Source: an uncultured Gammaproteobacteria bacterium (GTDB taxonomy: Bacteria; Patescibacteriota; Patescibacteriia; Patescibacteriales; UBA12465). Taken from it: a stretch of DNA of 57,389 bases. The DNA is taken from the NCBI GenBank assembly GCA_964588465.1, contig CAZPPL010000005.1, forward strand, positions 2,966-60,354. Reading direction: 5' to 3'. The notes under the pieces were generated by a model, which had not been told where the DNA came from, did no database searches, and saw only the letters and a list, made by a program, of their open reading frames with translations. Positions 30,009 through 40,889 of this stretch are shown here, in pieces. Each line of letters opens with the position of its first letter. The first letter of the stretch is position 1. The position numbers and the translations under genes were made by a program.

Positions 30009-31703
30009 CTACATTCTTTCCAAGGTTTTAATTCCGATAATATTAAAACCATTGGCGATTATTTGACTAACGGCACTAATTAAATTCAAGCGGGCTTTCC
30101 TTTTTTTATTTTCCGATTTTAAAATGTTTATTTTATGATAATAATCATTAGCTAATTGAGCTAATTCAAATAAATATTTAGTTAATTCGCTAGGATTATA
30201 CTTTTCCGTAGCTAATCTAATAATTTCTGGATATTTAGCCAGTTTTAATAATAGCTCTTGTTCCTTAATTTCTTGTAATTCGTTCAAATATTGTTTACCA
30301 CCTGACATCTTAAATTCACCTTTACGAATAATATTTTTAAAACGAGCATAACTGTATTGTATATAACAAGCAGTGTAGCCTTCAAATTTTATCGCTTCAG
30401 AGATATCAAAGGTAATAATTTTATCAGCACTAACCTTAAGCATCTCAAATTTCATGGTAGCCAAACTTAAATTATTTACCACTTTTCTAATCTGATTATC
30501 TGACCAGTCACTATGACGTTTTTTAGTTTCAATCCATAATTGAGACGATATCTGATCCTTTAATTTCTGATAGGTAATAATATTGCCAGTCCGAGAAGAC
30601 ATCATACCTCCTGGTAAGGTTACAAAATCATAAGTCAGGTGATGCATTGGCTGTTTATAACCCATTAACTCTAAAATTTTAAATAATTGCTTAAAATAAA
30701 GACTTTGTCGTACATCTACAACATAAATTGATTGATCTAAATCATATTTTTTAAATTTTTCTGAAGCTAAAGCTAAATCTGCTACCACATATAAGGCAGT
30801 ACCATCAGTTCTAATGATTGGTAAAACTCCTAAATCATACTCTTCTAAATTAGCAATAATTGCTCCTTGACTTTTTACGAATATTCCCCTAGAAATTAAA
30901 TCTTTCACTAGATCTAAACCAGTCATAATAACTTCGCTCTCATAAAATATATGAACGAATTTTACTGCTAATTCTTTATATATAGAATCAAAATAGTCAA
31001 TACTCCATTGTCTGGAAATCTGCCAAAATTTATAACTTTTACCTTGCCTACTCTCAATCTCTTTCATTATGGCAGTCACTTCCTCTCTCCCTTTGGCATT
31101 ATTAGCTAATAACTTATTAGCTTCAGCATAACAACGTCCCAATAAATAGCCCCGGGATTCTGAGCTTTTACTATAATCTGGATTCCTATACCAATTCCAA
31201 ATAGTCTTGGCTACTGGAAGTCCAAAATCATTAATATAGGAAACTGGGATAGAATGATAGCCACTGGCTTCTAATAGATGATTGACAGCATCGCCATAGG
31301 CAATATTACGCAAATGTCCAATATGATATTCTTTATGAGTATTACCATTGGAATATTCAATCATAATCTTTTGCTTCTTCCCAGTTCTATTTTGACCATA
31401 ACTATTTTTTTCTTTTCTTATAGCGGAAATAATTTCTTCTGCTAAATATTCGGGTCTAATAAAAAAATTCAAATAAGGCCCTACAGCCTTAATATCAAAA
31501 AAATATTTTTTTAATTGTTGATTATCTTTCAAATTAAGTACTAAATCTTGAGCTAAATTAGCTGGATTTATTTTACGTGCTTTAGCTAAGACAAAACAAG
31601 CCAAACTTAAATGTCCCAATCCTAAATCAGAAGGATAAGAAAAAGTTGTTTGAGAAAGCTCCAAAGCAGAATTAATTTTTAATTTTAAATCTTCCAGTAA
31701 CAT
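30009..31703 (-). CDS. argS: Arginine--tRNA ligase
   Basis: HIGHLRN, YINDFG, MSSRTG, YIQYSYAR, DALR-like C-terminus ending ERM. Confidence 0.95.
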   Translation of the reverse strand: MLLEDLKLKINSALELSQTTFSYPSDLGLGHLSLACFVLAKARKINPANLAQDLVLNLKDNQQLKKYFFDIKAVGPYLNFFIRPEYLAEEIISAIRKEKNSYGQNRTGKKQKIMIEYSNGNTHKEYHIGHLRNIAYGDAVNHLLEASGYHSIPVSYINDFGLPVAKTIWNWYRNPDYSKSSESRGYLLGRCYAEANKLLANNAKGREEVTAIMKEIESRQGKSYKFWQISRQWSIDYFDSIYKELAVKFVHIFYESEVIMTGLDLVKDLISRGIFVKSQGAIIANLEEYDLGVLPIIRTDGTALYVVADLALASEKFKKYDLDQSIYVVDVRQSLYFKQLFKILELMGYKQPMHHLTYDFVTLPGGMMSSRTGNIITYQKLKDQISSQLWIETKKRHSDWSDNQIRKVVNNLSLATMKFEMLKVSADKIITFDISEAIKFEGYTACYIQYSYARFKNIIRKGEFKMSGGKQYLNELQEIKEQELLLKLAKYPEIIRLATEKYNPSELTKYLFELAQLANDYYHKINILKSENKKRKARLNLISAVSQIIANGFNIIGIKTLERM

Positions 31704-31723
31704 AAATAAAATCTAATAATCTA

Positions 31724-32959
31724 CTAATGAATCACTTTTATAAAGCGTAATTTACCTCGAGAAATAATTAATTCTGATTTAATAACAAGTTCTTGTTTAA
31801 CATCATGCACAACACGTAATTTACCTTGATCTTGAAGCTTAATTGCTCCTTGTTCAATTAAACGCCGAGCTTCGGTTTTAGAACTAGCTAATTTAGTTTC
31901 TAGTAATAAATCAACTAACTTATATTTACTTTTAGTGGCTCGCCAAGTTTTTATCTTATGGGGCAAACCTTTTTTTTGAATGGTCCTAATAAAATATTCC
32001 TGGGCTTGATCAGCTAATTTTTTACCATGATAAATTTTAGTTATTTCCCAAGCTAAAGACATTTTAATATCTCGTGGATTAGCTTGTCCAGATTTCAATT
32101 CTTGCTTAATGCCATTAATTTTAGACATTGATACATAGGTACAATCAATAAACAATTGTAAAATATTCTCATCAGCTTGAGCCATTATTTTGCCATACAT
32201 ATTATTAGGAGTTTCATCTAAAAACACTCCCGTGCCTAAACTTTTAGACATCATTTTTTCACCAGTTACAGGATTTTCTAAAAGGGTGGTGATAAAAACA
32301 AATTTTTGTTTATTTTTTATTTTTCTTAATAGAGTTCTGCCCGCTAAAGCATTGAATCTTTGATCATTGCCACAGAGCTCCATGTCCACATCTAAAGCGA
32401 CACTATCATAACCTTGCATTAAAGGATAAAAAAATTCGTGCAAATGAATGGGTTTATTTTCTTTTATCCTTTTGGCAAACATATCTCTCTCCAACATTTG
32501 CTGAACGGTAAAATGAGCCGCCAATTTAATTACTTCTTCAAAAGTGAGCTTAGCGAGCCAATCATTATTATATCTAATCTTCACTGGATTATTAGGATCA
32601 TTTAAATTAACAATTGGTTTAATTTGTTTCAACCAAGTTTTAATATTATTTTTTACCTCTTGTTTGGAGAGCTGAACTCTAGCCGCACTTTTATCACTAG
32701 GATCGCCGATACGAGCGGTAAAATCACCAATTAATAATATAGCTTCGTGACCTAAACGTCGCAATCTTTCTAAAACCATATAATTAGTGGCATGCCCTAA
32801 ATGTAAAGAGGTCCCAGTAGGATCAGTGCCAATATAAAATTTGATTCGCTTGCCAGATAACAAGAGTTTACGAAAATCTTCTCGGCTAGGTAATATGGTC
32901 TGGACGCTCCTAGTAATGATCTCATCAATCAATTTTTTGTCAGTAATAATATGGGACAT
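31724..32959 (-). CDS. tyrS: Tyrosine--tRNA ligase
   Basis: GTDPTG..LHLGH, YPLMQGYD, DQ.FN, KMMSKS, C-terminal S4 domain. Confidence 0.96.
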   Translation of the reverse strand: MSHIITDKKLIDEIITRSVQTILPSREDFRKLLLSGKRIKFYIGTDPTGTSLHLGHATNYMVLERLRRLGHEAILLIGDFTARIGDPSDKSAARVQLSKQEVKNNIKTWLKQIKPIVNLNDPNNPVKIRYNNDWLAKLTFEEVIKLAAHFTVQQMLERDMFAKRIKENKPIHLHEFFYPLMQGYDSVALDVDMELCGNDQRFNALAGRTLLRKIKNKQKFVFITTLLENPVTGEKMMSKSLGTGVFLDETPNNMYGKIMAQADENILQLFIDCTYVSMSKINGIKQELKSGQANPRDIKMSLAWEITKIYHGKKLADQAQEYFIRTIQKKGLPHKIKTWRATKSKYKLVDLLLETKLASSKTEARRLIEQGAIKLQDQGKLRVVHDVKQELVIKSELIISRGKLRFIKVIH

Positions 32960-33095
32960 ATATAAAGATTAGTATTTGGTATTAATTAAAAATTTATGTT
33001 ATAATATTATCAGAGTTTATTAAATTTTTCAATTTATTGAATAACAAAAATCAAATAAATTAATTTAAAAATTGCTTTTTAATCGTACTAAACAT

Positions 33096-34082
33096 ATGTT
33101 TTCTTACCGATCTTTACTAAAACAAGCTTGGGGTATTACTTGGAAAAATAAATATCTCTGGTTTTTAGGAATATTCGCTTCTCTAGTAGGCGGAGGCAGT
33201 GCTTGGGGATATCAAATCCTAAGTCAAAATCTAAATCAAGGTCTAATAAATGGTTCTTATTATCAATTAAGTAATATTCTGGCTATTGGGGACTTAATGA
33301 GGAATTTCAGCTTGGGAATAATTGCTCTGTTTCATAGTAATATATTAGTAGTTATGAGTATTGCCTCGGTTTTATTAAGCGCCACTATTATTTTGGTAGT
33401 TTTTATTTGGTTGGCTATAACTTCTCAAGCTGGCTTAATTAATGATGTAAAAAAGATTTTAAAATTCAAAAAGAATGATTCGCCACTAACTATACGTCGC
33501 AGTTTAACCGTAGGAAATCACCATTTCTGGTCGGTATTAGGTTTGAACCTCATAATTAAAATTTTAATTGCGGCTATCTTTTTTATTGTCAGTCTCCCGC
33601 TTCTATTTTTGGTCATTCAAAATATTAACGTTTTAGCTATAATTTATATTATTTTATTTGTAATTTTCGTTCCTATTTCAGTGGGATTATCTCTAATGAT
33701 TAACTATGCCATCGCTTATAAGGTTCTAGATAATCGCTCTTTTGTCGCTTCCCTGGAAAAAGGAACTAAACTATTTATAAAAAATTGGCTAGTGAGTTTA
33801 GAAATAGGAATTATTTTATTTATTATAAGCTTTATAGCTAGTATCCTGGCCATATTATTATTGATTGTTTTTTTACTTCCTTTATTTTTATTAGGATTAA
33901 TACTGAATTTAAGTTGGCTGGCGTTAATAGCCATCCTCTTAGCTATAGTGATAATTATAATATTTGGAGCTATACTGACTACTTTTAGAATCGCTACTTG
34001 GACTAGTCTATTTTTACGTCTGGAAAATAAAGGAGTCATTGCTAAGTTGGAAAGACTCTTTAATCGCCGAAACTCTATTTAA
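33096..34082 (+). CDS. Polytopic membrane protein of unknown function
   Basis: Several hydrophobic helices; ATG at 33096 preferred over TTG at 33072. Confidence 0.75.
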   Translation: MFSYRSLLKQAWGITWKNKYLWFLGIFASLVGGGSAWGYQILSQNLNQGLINGSYYQLSNILAIGDLMRNFSLGIIALFHSNILVVMSIASVLLSATIILVVFIWLAITSQAGLINDVKKILKFKKNDSPLTIRRSLTVGNHHFWSVLGLNLIIKILIAAIFFIVSLPLLFLVIQNINVLAIIYIILFVIFVPISVGLSLMINYAIAYKVLDNRSFVASLEKGTKLFIKNWLVSLEIGIILFIISFIASILAILLLIVFLLPLFLLGLILNLSWLALIAILLAIVIIIIFGAILTTFRIATWTSLFLRLENKGVIAKLERLFNRRNSI

Positions 34083-34105
34083 AATCAAAACTATTAAATA
34101 CAATT

Positions 34106-37100
34106 ATGAGTGATTTTCCTTCAATAAAAAACTTGATAAATCCGACCGATGACGAGGAAAGTGTCAGCGGTCGTTTTGCTAAAAAGCAAGACGAAATAAA
34201 AAATAAAGAAATTGAAAAACAAACCAAACAAGCGGCTACGATAGCAGGTTTAAATTACGTTAATTTATCTGGTTTTCCCATCAGTCCTGAAGCATTATCG
34301 CTAGTACAAGAAGGACGAGCCAAAGAAATTAATCTAATCTGTTTTTATTATGATGGCCAAAATATTCGTTTTGCTTGTTTAGCTCCTAACGCTAAAATAC
34401 GAGAAGAAGTGGAACGTTTAAGTAAACAATACTTTGCCAACGCTAAACTCTATTTAGTTTCTAAGGCCAGTATGGCCAGGGCTATGGAAGCTTATGCCTC
34501 TCTGCCTAAGATAAAAAAATATGAAAGCGGTGTAGAAATAAATGAAGAAGATTTAAAAAAATTCCAAGAAGATGTTAGTAATTACAAAAATCTTAATAAA
34601 AAAATCAATGAGGTTAATATTACCGATGTCGTAACTTTGATGTTGGCTACTGCTTTAAAAGTAGGGGGTAGCGATATTCATATTGAAGCTGAAGAAAAAG
34701 GAGTAGCAATAAGAATACGTATTGATGGAGTATTACAGAAGGCCGCGCTTATAGATAGAGAAAAATGGCACAAAATAATTTCTCGTTTAAAAATTTTGGC
34801 TCGAGTTAAGATTAATATAGATGATCAACCTCAAGATGGACGATATACAATTTATCTAAGCGATAAAAAAATTGATGTTCGTTGCTCTTTCTTACCGACT
34901 GCCTACGGAGAGAGCGTAGTCATGCGTTTATTAGACTCTGCTACCGCTAACTTAGAATTTGAAAAGCTAGGAATTCGTCCAGAAATCATGCCCATATTAA
35001 ATAAAGAAATCTCTAAACCTAATGGACTAATTTTGACCGTGGGTCCCACTGGATCAGGCAAAACTACTACTCTATATGCAATTTTAAATAAATTAAACCA
35101 ACCAGGTACTAAAATAATAACTTTAGAGGATCCTATTGAATATGAATTAAATGGTATTAATCAAAGCCAAGTAAATGAAAAAAGTGGCTATACTTTTTCT
35201 GATGGCTTACGTTCTATTCTAAGGCAAGATCCTAATATAGTAATGATCGGAGAAATTCGTGATTTGGAAACTGCGGAAATATCAGTTCAAGCTTCTTTGA
35301 CTGGACATCTGGTATTATCCACTCTACACACTAACGATGCTGCCGGTACTATTCCTCGTTTGGTTGATATGGGTGTCAAACCTTATTTTTTAGTGCCTTC
35401 TATTAACGTGGTAATTGGACAACGTTTAGTGCGTAAATTATGTCCTCATTGTAAAAAAATACATTCCTTGGAAGCCAAAGAAACCGATCAAATTAATAAA
35501 ATTTTAGCGGTTATCTCTCCTAAAGCGAAGGTAGAAATACCGGCTTCTTTACCTACCTTATATCAAGCCGGTGCTGGTTGCCAATATTGTAATTTCACTG
35601 GTTATAAAGGAAGAATTGGTATTTATGAAATCTTCACCATGAATGATAAGATTAAACAATTAACCATTGATAAAGCTCCAGCGTTTAAAATATTACAACA
35701 AGCAATTGAAGATGGCATGATTACTATGCTACAAGACGGAGTTTTAAAAACTCTAGAAGGGATAACTTCTTTACCAGAAGTTTACCGAGTTATAGGCAAT
35801 TTTGATTATATTAACAATCTATATGATATAGTCATTTCCCAGACTATCGGACGAGGTTTGAAAATCAGTTCGGATCAGGCAACTTTGAGCCAAGCCTTAA
35901 GTGCTGATATTACTAAGATAGCTGCAACAGTAAAAGAGACTCCCACTGATGAATTATTAGCTTTAGTCCTTTCCTTGGGGGTAATTAGTGAGGCCGGAGA
36001 TATTCATATTGAGCCTACAGAAAAAAATGTAAAAATACGTTTTCGTATTGATGGTATTCTTCATAATATATTAACTTTACCAAAAACCAGTTACCCCCCA
36101 CTATTGTCTAAAATAAAAATACTAGCTGGAGAAGCAACGAATATTAAACAAGCTACGTTTGACGGACGTTTCGTTATTTATATGCCTGATTATAAAGTTG
36201 ATTGTCGAGTATCTATTATTTCTGGAGGCTATGGAGAAACTATTGTTATTCGTTTATTATCCTCTTCGGCGGCCAATTTGGATATGAAAAAATTAGGAAT
36301 AAGCTCTATTGCCTTGAATTCCCTACACCTAGCTATGAAAAAAACTAGCGGTATAATTATTACCACTGGCCCAACTGGGTCAGGTAAAACCACCACTCTA
36401 TACAGTATTTTAAATCAACTAAACAAACCTGACGTGAAAATTATAACTATTGAAGATCCTATTGAATATGAACTACCTGGAATAATGCAAACTCAAATTG
36501 ATGAAGAACAAGGTTATACTTTTTCTTCGGCTATGCGTTCATTACTTCGTCAAAATCCTAACATTATGATGATTGGAGAAATTAGGGATAATGAAACTGC
36601 TAAGATTGCGATTGAAGCCTCTTTAACCGGACATTTAGTCCTCTCTAGTATCCATGCTAATAACGCCGCAGGAGCAATTTCTCGTTTTGTTAGTTTAGGT
36701 GTAAATCGTCAAACTCTAGCTAACGCTATTGAGTTCACCATCGGCCAACGCTTGGTCCGCCATATTTGCCCTTATTGTAAGCAAGAAGAAAAAATCAGTT
36801 CGGAGAATTTACAACGAGTCAAGAATATTTTAAGTACCATCCATAATCCTAAGGTGAAAATCCCTGATAAACTAATATTTTATAAAGGAGCTGGCTGTGT
36901 TAAATGCGGACAAATAGGCTATAAGGGACGTCTAGGACTATATGAAACTATCGCCATGGTTCCAAAAATTCGTAAACTAATTCAAACTGAAAATATTACC
37001 GATTTTGATATTGAAACCGCAGCAATAGAATCGGGTATGATTACTATGTTGCAAGACGGTATTCTAAAGACCTTACAAGGAATAACTACCATCGCTGAAG

Positions 37101-37120
37101 TCTTTAGAGTAATTGAATAA
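34106..37120 (+). CDS. PilB/GspE-family ATPase with two complete tandem ATPase domains
   Basis: Two copies each of DIHIE, GPTGSGKTT, T(L/I)EDPIEY, LRQ(D/N)PN...GEIRD, His box and Cys4 zinc motif. Confidence 0.92.
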   Translation: MSDFPSIKNLINPTDDEESVSGRFAKKQDEIKNKEIEKQTKQAATIAGLNYVNLSGFPISPEALSLVQEGRAKEINLICFYYDGQNIRFACLAPNAKIREEVERLSKQYFANAKLYLVSKASMARAMEAYASLPKIKKYESGVEINEEDLKKFQEDVSNYKNLNKKINEVNITDVVTLMLATALKVGGSDIHIEAEEKGVAIRIRIDGVLQKAALIDREKWHKIISRLKILARVKINIDDQPQDGRYTIYLSDKKIDVRCSFLPTAYGESVVMRLLDSATANLEFEKLGIRPEIMPILNKEISKPNGLILTVGPTGSGKTTTLYAILNKLNQPGTKIITLEDPIEYELNGINQSQVNEKSGYTFSDGLRSILRQDPNIVMIGEIRDLETAEISVQASLTGHLVLSTLHTNDAAGTIPRLVDMGVKPYFLVPSINVVIGQRLVRKLCPHCKKIHSLEAKETDQINKILAVISPKAKVEIPASLPTLYQAGAGCQYCNFTGYKGRIGIYEIFTMNDKIKQLTIDKAPAFKILQQAIEDGMITMLQDGVLKTLEGITSLPEVYRVIGNFDYINNLYDIVISQTIGRGLKISSDQATLSQALSADITKIAATVKETPTDELLALVLSLGVISEAGDIHIEPTEKNVKIRFRIDGILHNILTLPKTSYPPLLSKIKILAGEATNIKQATFDGRFVIYMPDYKVDCRVSIISGGYGETIVIRLLSSSAANLDMKKLGISSIALNSLHLAMKKTSGIIITTGPTGSGKTTTLYSILNQLNKPDVKIITIEDPIEYELPGIMQTQIDEEQGYTFSSAMRSLLRQNPNIMMIGEIRDNETAKIAIEASLTGHLVLSSIHANNAAGAISRFVSLGVNRQTLANAIEFTIGQRLVRHICPYCKQEEKISSENLQRVKNILSTIHNPKVKIPDKLIFYKGAGCVKCGQIGYKGRLGLYETIAMVPKIRKLIQTENITDFDIETAAIESGMITMLQDGILKTLQGITTIAEVFRVIE

Positions 37121-37150
37121 TAAATATCTAATAAAATATAAATATTCTTT

Positions 37151-37726
37151 ATGATCAACGCCAATCTTTTAAAAGAATTAAAACGTGACTATAAAAATAA
37201 TGAGTCAGAACGCCACAATATAATTGAAATTACTAATAAACTACTTTTTGAAGCTAAAAAAGCTATTTTTGCTTTACAGCGCCAAGATTATAAAACTGCT
37301 GAACTTAAATTCAAAGATATAGAAAAGAAATTCAAAAACCTAGAAAGACATTTTGGAATAGACCGCTTGCAAAAGGAAGGTACTTATCGGGCGGCAACTG
37401 AAGAGTATTTGGAAGGAAAAACTTTTTATGCCATCATTAAACATAAAAAAATTAACAAAATAAAGGAATTAACTTTAAATTATGAAGCTTACTTAGGGGG
37501 CATTTGCGATTTGATAGGAGAATTAGTTCGCTTTGCTACTAATCAAGCGGCTAATGGTAAATTTAATGAAGTGGCTAAAATAAAAAGAATTGCTGATAAT
37601 ATCATGGCTCAACTTGTTGACTTTGACTTAACTAGCTACTTGCGAACAAAATATGATCAAGCTCGTGGGCATCTGCGTAAATTAGAACAGATGACTTACG
37701 AAATAAAATTACGAAGTAAAAAATAG
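37151..37726 (+). CDS. Translin/TRAX-family protein
   Basis: AKKAIFALQR, TEEYLEG, YLGGICDLIGELVR, LRTKYD match translin/TRAX motifs recalled from the family (QE..EA, YL.G..DL.GEL.R, LR.K.D). Confidence 0.8.
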   Translation: MINANLLKELKRDYKNNESERHNIIEITNKLLFEAKKAIFALQRQDYKTAELKFKDIEKKFKNLERHFGIDRLQKEGTYRAATEEYLEGKTFYAIIKHKKINKIKELTLNYEAYLGGICDLIGELVRFATNQAANGKFNEVAKIKRIADNIMAQLVDFDLTSYLRTKYDQARGHLRKLEQMTYEIKLRSKK

Positions 37727-37743
37727 AGACAATCCTTAACTAT

Positions 37744-38241
37744 ATGTTTATTGCTATTATCTCTGACATCCATGATAACCTTGCTAACCTTCACAAATGT
37801 CTTACTTGGTGCCAAAAAAATAGAATTGAAAAAATAATCTTTTGCGGTGATGCCACCACTAAAGAAACTATTTCCTATTTAGCATCAAACTTTCCAAACG
37901 AAATTTTTATAGTTCATGGCAATGCCGAAATCTATACTATTACTGAACTTAAAAAATATCAGAATATAAATTACTGCCAAGAAATCGGCAAAAAAAACTT
38001 AGATCATACAGAAATAGCTTTCTGCCATAAACCTAAAGAAATTAATAATTTATTAAAAATTAGCAAAAACAATTTGAATTTTATCTTTTACGGACATACT
38101 CATAAGCCAGACTTTAAACAAAATAAATCCACTATAATTGCTAATCCAGGAAATCTAGCGGGTACTCTCTACCCAGCTACTTTTGCTGTTTTAAATACTA
38201 AAAATGAAGTTTTACAACTAAAGATTCTGGCTAATCTTTAA
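37744..38241 (+). CDS. YfcE/MJ0936-type metallophosphoesterase
   Basis: SDIHDN, CGD, GNAE, FCH, GHTH, NPG. Confidence 0.9.
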   Translation: MFIAIISDIHDNLANLHKCLTWCQKNRIEKIIFCGDATTKETISYLASNFPNEIFIVHGNAEIYTITELKKYQNINYCQEIGKKNLDHTEIAFCHKPKEINNLLKISKNNLNFIFYGHTHKPDFKQNKSTIIANPGNLAGTLYPATFAVLNTKNEVLQLKILANL

Positions 38242-38253
38242 TCGGTAAAATTA

Positions 38254-40749
38254 TTACAAAACCTTTTTTAAATACTGACCAGTATAGCTTTCAGCGGTGT
38301 TAGCTACTTCTAGCGGAGTTCCAGTAGCGACTAAATAGCCACCAGTCTCCCCGCCCTCTGGTCCTAAATCAATAATCCAATCTACGGATTTGATTACATC
38401 TAAATTATGTTCAATAATTAGAACAGTATTGCCTTGCTCAACTAAAATATTCAGGACTTTAAGCAAACGTCTAATATCATCAAAATGTAAACCAGTGGTA
38501 GGCTCATCTAAAATATATAAAGTCTTACCCGTGGCCCGACGAGCTAATTCACTAGCTAATTTAATGCGCTGCGCTTCCCCACCAGAAAAGGTGGTAGCAC
38601 TTTGACCGAGTTTAATATAACCCAAACCAACTTCATCTAAAGTTTTCAATTTTCGACTAATAGCTGAATGATCTCTAAAAAAATTTCGGGCTTCAGACAC
38701 AGTTAAATCCAAAATTTCCATAATATTTTTACCTTGATATAAAATCTCTAAAATTTTAGATTTAAATTTTTTCCCTCCACATACTTCACAGGGTAGGTAT
38801 ATGTCTGATAAAAATTGCATTTCAACTTTAACCGCTCCGGCACCAGCACAATTCTCACATCGTCCACCAGGAACATTAAAAGAAAAATATCCAGCATCAA
38901 AACCTTTAACCTGGGCTCCAGGTAAACCGGCAAATATCTCCCGAATATAAGTAAACAAACCAGTATAAGTAGCTGGATTAGATCTAGGGGTACGACCAAT
39001 TGGTGACTGATCAATATCAATTACTTTATTAATAAACTCTAAACCCGTTAGAGATTTATGAGCACCAGGAAGAACTTTCCCTTGATAAAATTTATTATTT
39101 AAAGCCCGAACTAAAATATCATTCAATAGAGTTGATTTGCCTGAACCCGATACACCAGTTAAAGCTATTAATTTTCCTAAAGGAATCTCCACATCAATAT
39201 TTTTTAAATTATGTTCCCGGGCCCCGATAATTTTAATAGACTTACCATTACCCATATGTAATGCTTTAGGTCTTGCTATCTTCTTCTTACCAAATAAATA
39301 GGCACCAGTTAAAGATGAAGCACAATTCTTGATACCAGAGGGTGTGCCAGAAAATAAAACTTCACCTCCAAAATCCCCTGCTCCCACACCAATATCAATT
39401 AACCAGTCGGCAGCTAACATGGTAGAAGCATCATGTTCTACCACAATAACGGTATTGTCGTTATCTCGTAATTTTTTTAAAATAGCAATTAATTTTTCAT
39501 TATCTCTTTGATGTAAACCAATGGAGGGTTCATCTAAAACATAAAGAACCCCACTTAAAGTTGACCCTAACTGAGAGGCTAAACGAATACGTTGTGCCTC
39601 TCCGCCAGATAGAGTGGTAGCCGCTCGGTCTAAACTCAAATAGTCTAAACCCACTTGGACTAGAAAACCTAAATTTTTAATTATTTCTCGAATAATTGGT
39701 CCGGCTATTCTAGTATTAGTGCTCTTGGGGCTTAAATCCTGTAACCAATTATTAAATAGAATGACTAACTCCTTAATACTTTGACGACTAAGTTCAATAA
39801 TGGACAATTTATTAATTTTGATCATTAAGTTTTCCAACTTTAAACGTGATCCCTGACAAACTGGGCAAACAGACACCCGCATAACTTTCTCAATCTCTTG
39901 CCGGACAAAACTAGATTTAGTATTATGATATCTATTTTCCAAACTAACCAATAATCCAGAAAAATCTGCATCACCATATAGAATAAAGTTCTCTTGCTCT
40001 AAATTTAAATCACCAACCGCTGAACGTAAACTAAAATTATGACGAATAGCTAGATCCTTCAATTCTGGAAACAGATTTTTACTACTAAAACTAGACGATG
40101 GCAAGGCTTTAATTGCTCCTTCTAGAATACTCAAACGCCTATTAAAAACTAAACCAGGATCAATCTCTAATTTAGTACCTAAACCGCCACAGGATTGACA
40201 AGCCCCATGAGCAGAATTAAAAGAAAAGTCACGAAGTTCCAAACTAGAACGTTGGTAATCACCAGCAGGACAAACAAATTTAATTTCTAATTTATTAAGT
40301 TTGATCTTATGATGATCTAGAGCCTTAACAGATTCTTTTCTAATAATAATTTTTTTTAATTTAAGTTGACAATGTGGGCAATATGGAACTCCAACTCGGG
40401 TATATAATAATCTTAAATAATCATAAATATTAGTGATAGTACCAACCGTAGAACGCGGATTATGGCTAGTACTACGTTGATCAATAGAAATTGCCGGCGA
40501 TAAACCTTCAATTGAATCTACCTCCGGTTTATCAAGTAAACCCATAAATTGACGGGCATAAGAAGATAGAGATTCTACATAACGACCTTGTCCTTCAGCA
40601 TAAATAGTATCAAAAGCTAAAGAGGATTTACCCGAACCAGATAAACCAGTAATAACAATTAATTGATTACGAGGAATATCTAAATTAATATTTTTAAGAT
40701 TATGGGTTCTAGCTCCTCTAATCTTAATAAATTTTTGATTCTTAGACAT
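38254..40749 (-). CDS. uvrA: Excinuclease UvrA-family ATPase, short form
   Basis: [48 protein letters not shown]; 831 aa. Confidence 0.9.
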   Translation of the reverse strand: MSKNQKFIKIRGARTHNLKNINLDIPRNQLIVITGLSGSGKSSLAFDTIYAEGQGRYVESLSSYARQFMGLLDKPEVDSIEGLSPAISIDQRSTSHNPRSTVGTITNIYDYLRLLYTRVGVPYCPHCQLKLKKIIIRKESVKALDHHKIKLNKLEIKFVCPAGDYQRSSLELRDFSFNSAHGACQSCGGLGTKLEIDPGLVFNRRLSILEGAIKALPSSSFSSKNLFPELKDLAIRHNFSLRSAVGDLNLEQENFILYGDADFSGLLVSLENRYHNTKSSFVRQEIEKVMRVSVCPVCQGSRLKLENLMIKINKLSIIELSRQSIKELVILFNNWLQDLSPKSTNTRIAGPIIREIIKNLGFLVQVGLDYLSLDRAATTLSGGEAQRIRLASQLGSTLSGVLYVLDEPSIGLHQRDNEKLIAILKKLRDNDNTVIVVEHDASTMLAADWLIDIGVGAGDFGGEVLFSGTPSGIKNCASSLTGAYLFGKKKIARPKALHMGNGKSIKIIGAREHNLKNIDVEIPLGKLIALTGVSGSGKSTLLNDILVRALNNKFYQGKVLPGAHKSLTGLEFINKVIDIDQSPIGRTPRSNPATYTGLFTYIREIFAGLPGAQVKGFDAGYFSFNVPGGRCENCAGAGAVKVEMQFLSDIYLPCEVCGGKKFKSKILEILYQGKNIMEILDLTVSEARNFFRDHSAISRKLKTLDEVGLGYIKLGQSATTFSGGEAQRIKLASELARRATGKTLYILDEPTTGLHFDDIRRLLKVLNILVEQGNTVLIIEHNLDVIKSVDWIIDLGPEGGETGGYLVATGTPLEVANTAESYTGQYLKKVL

Positions 40750-40889
40750 AAAATAAAAATCTCTAAACTTATAAAATTATAATTATAAGTTAGAGAATAG
40801 CTTCAGCTGATGCCGCTGGTTTAGTATTATATAGAAAAAATGATAAAAAAACAAACCCTAAGTTATTAAATAACTAAAATAAAGTAATT

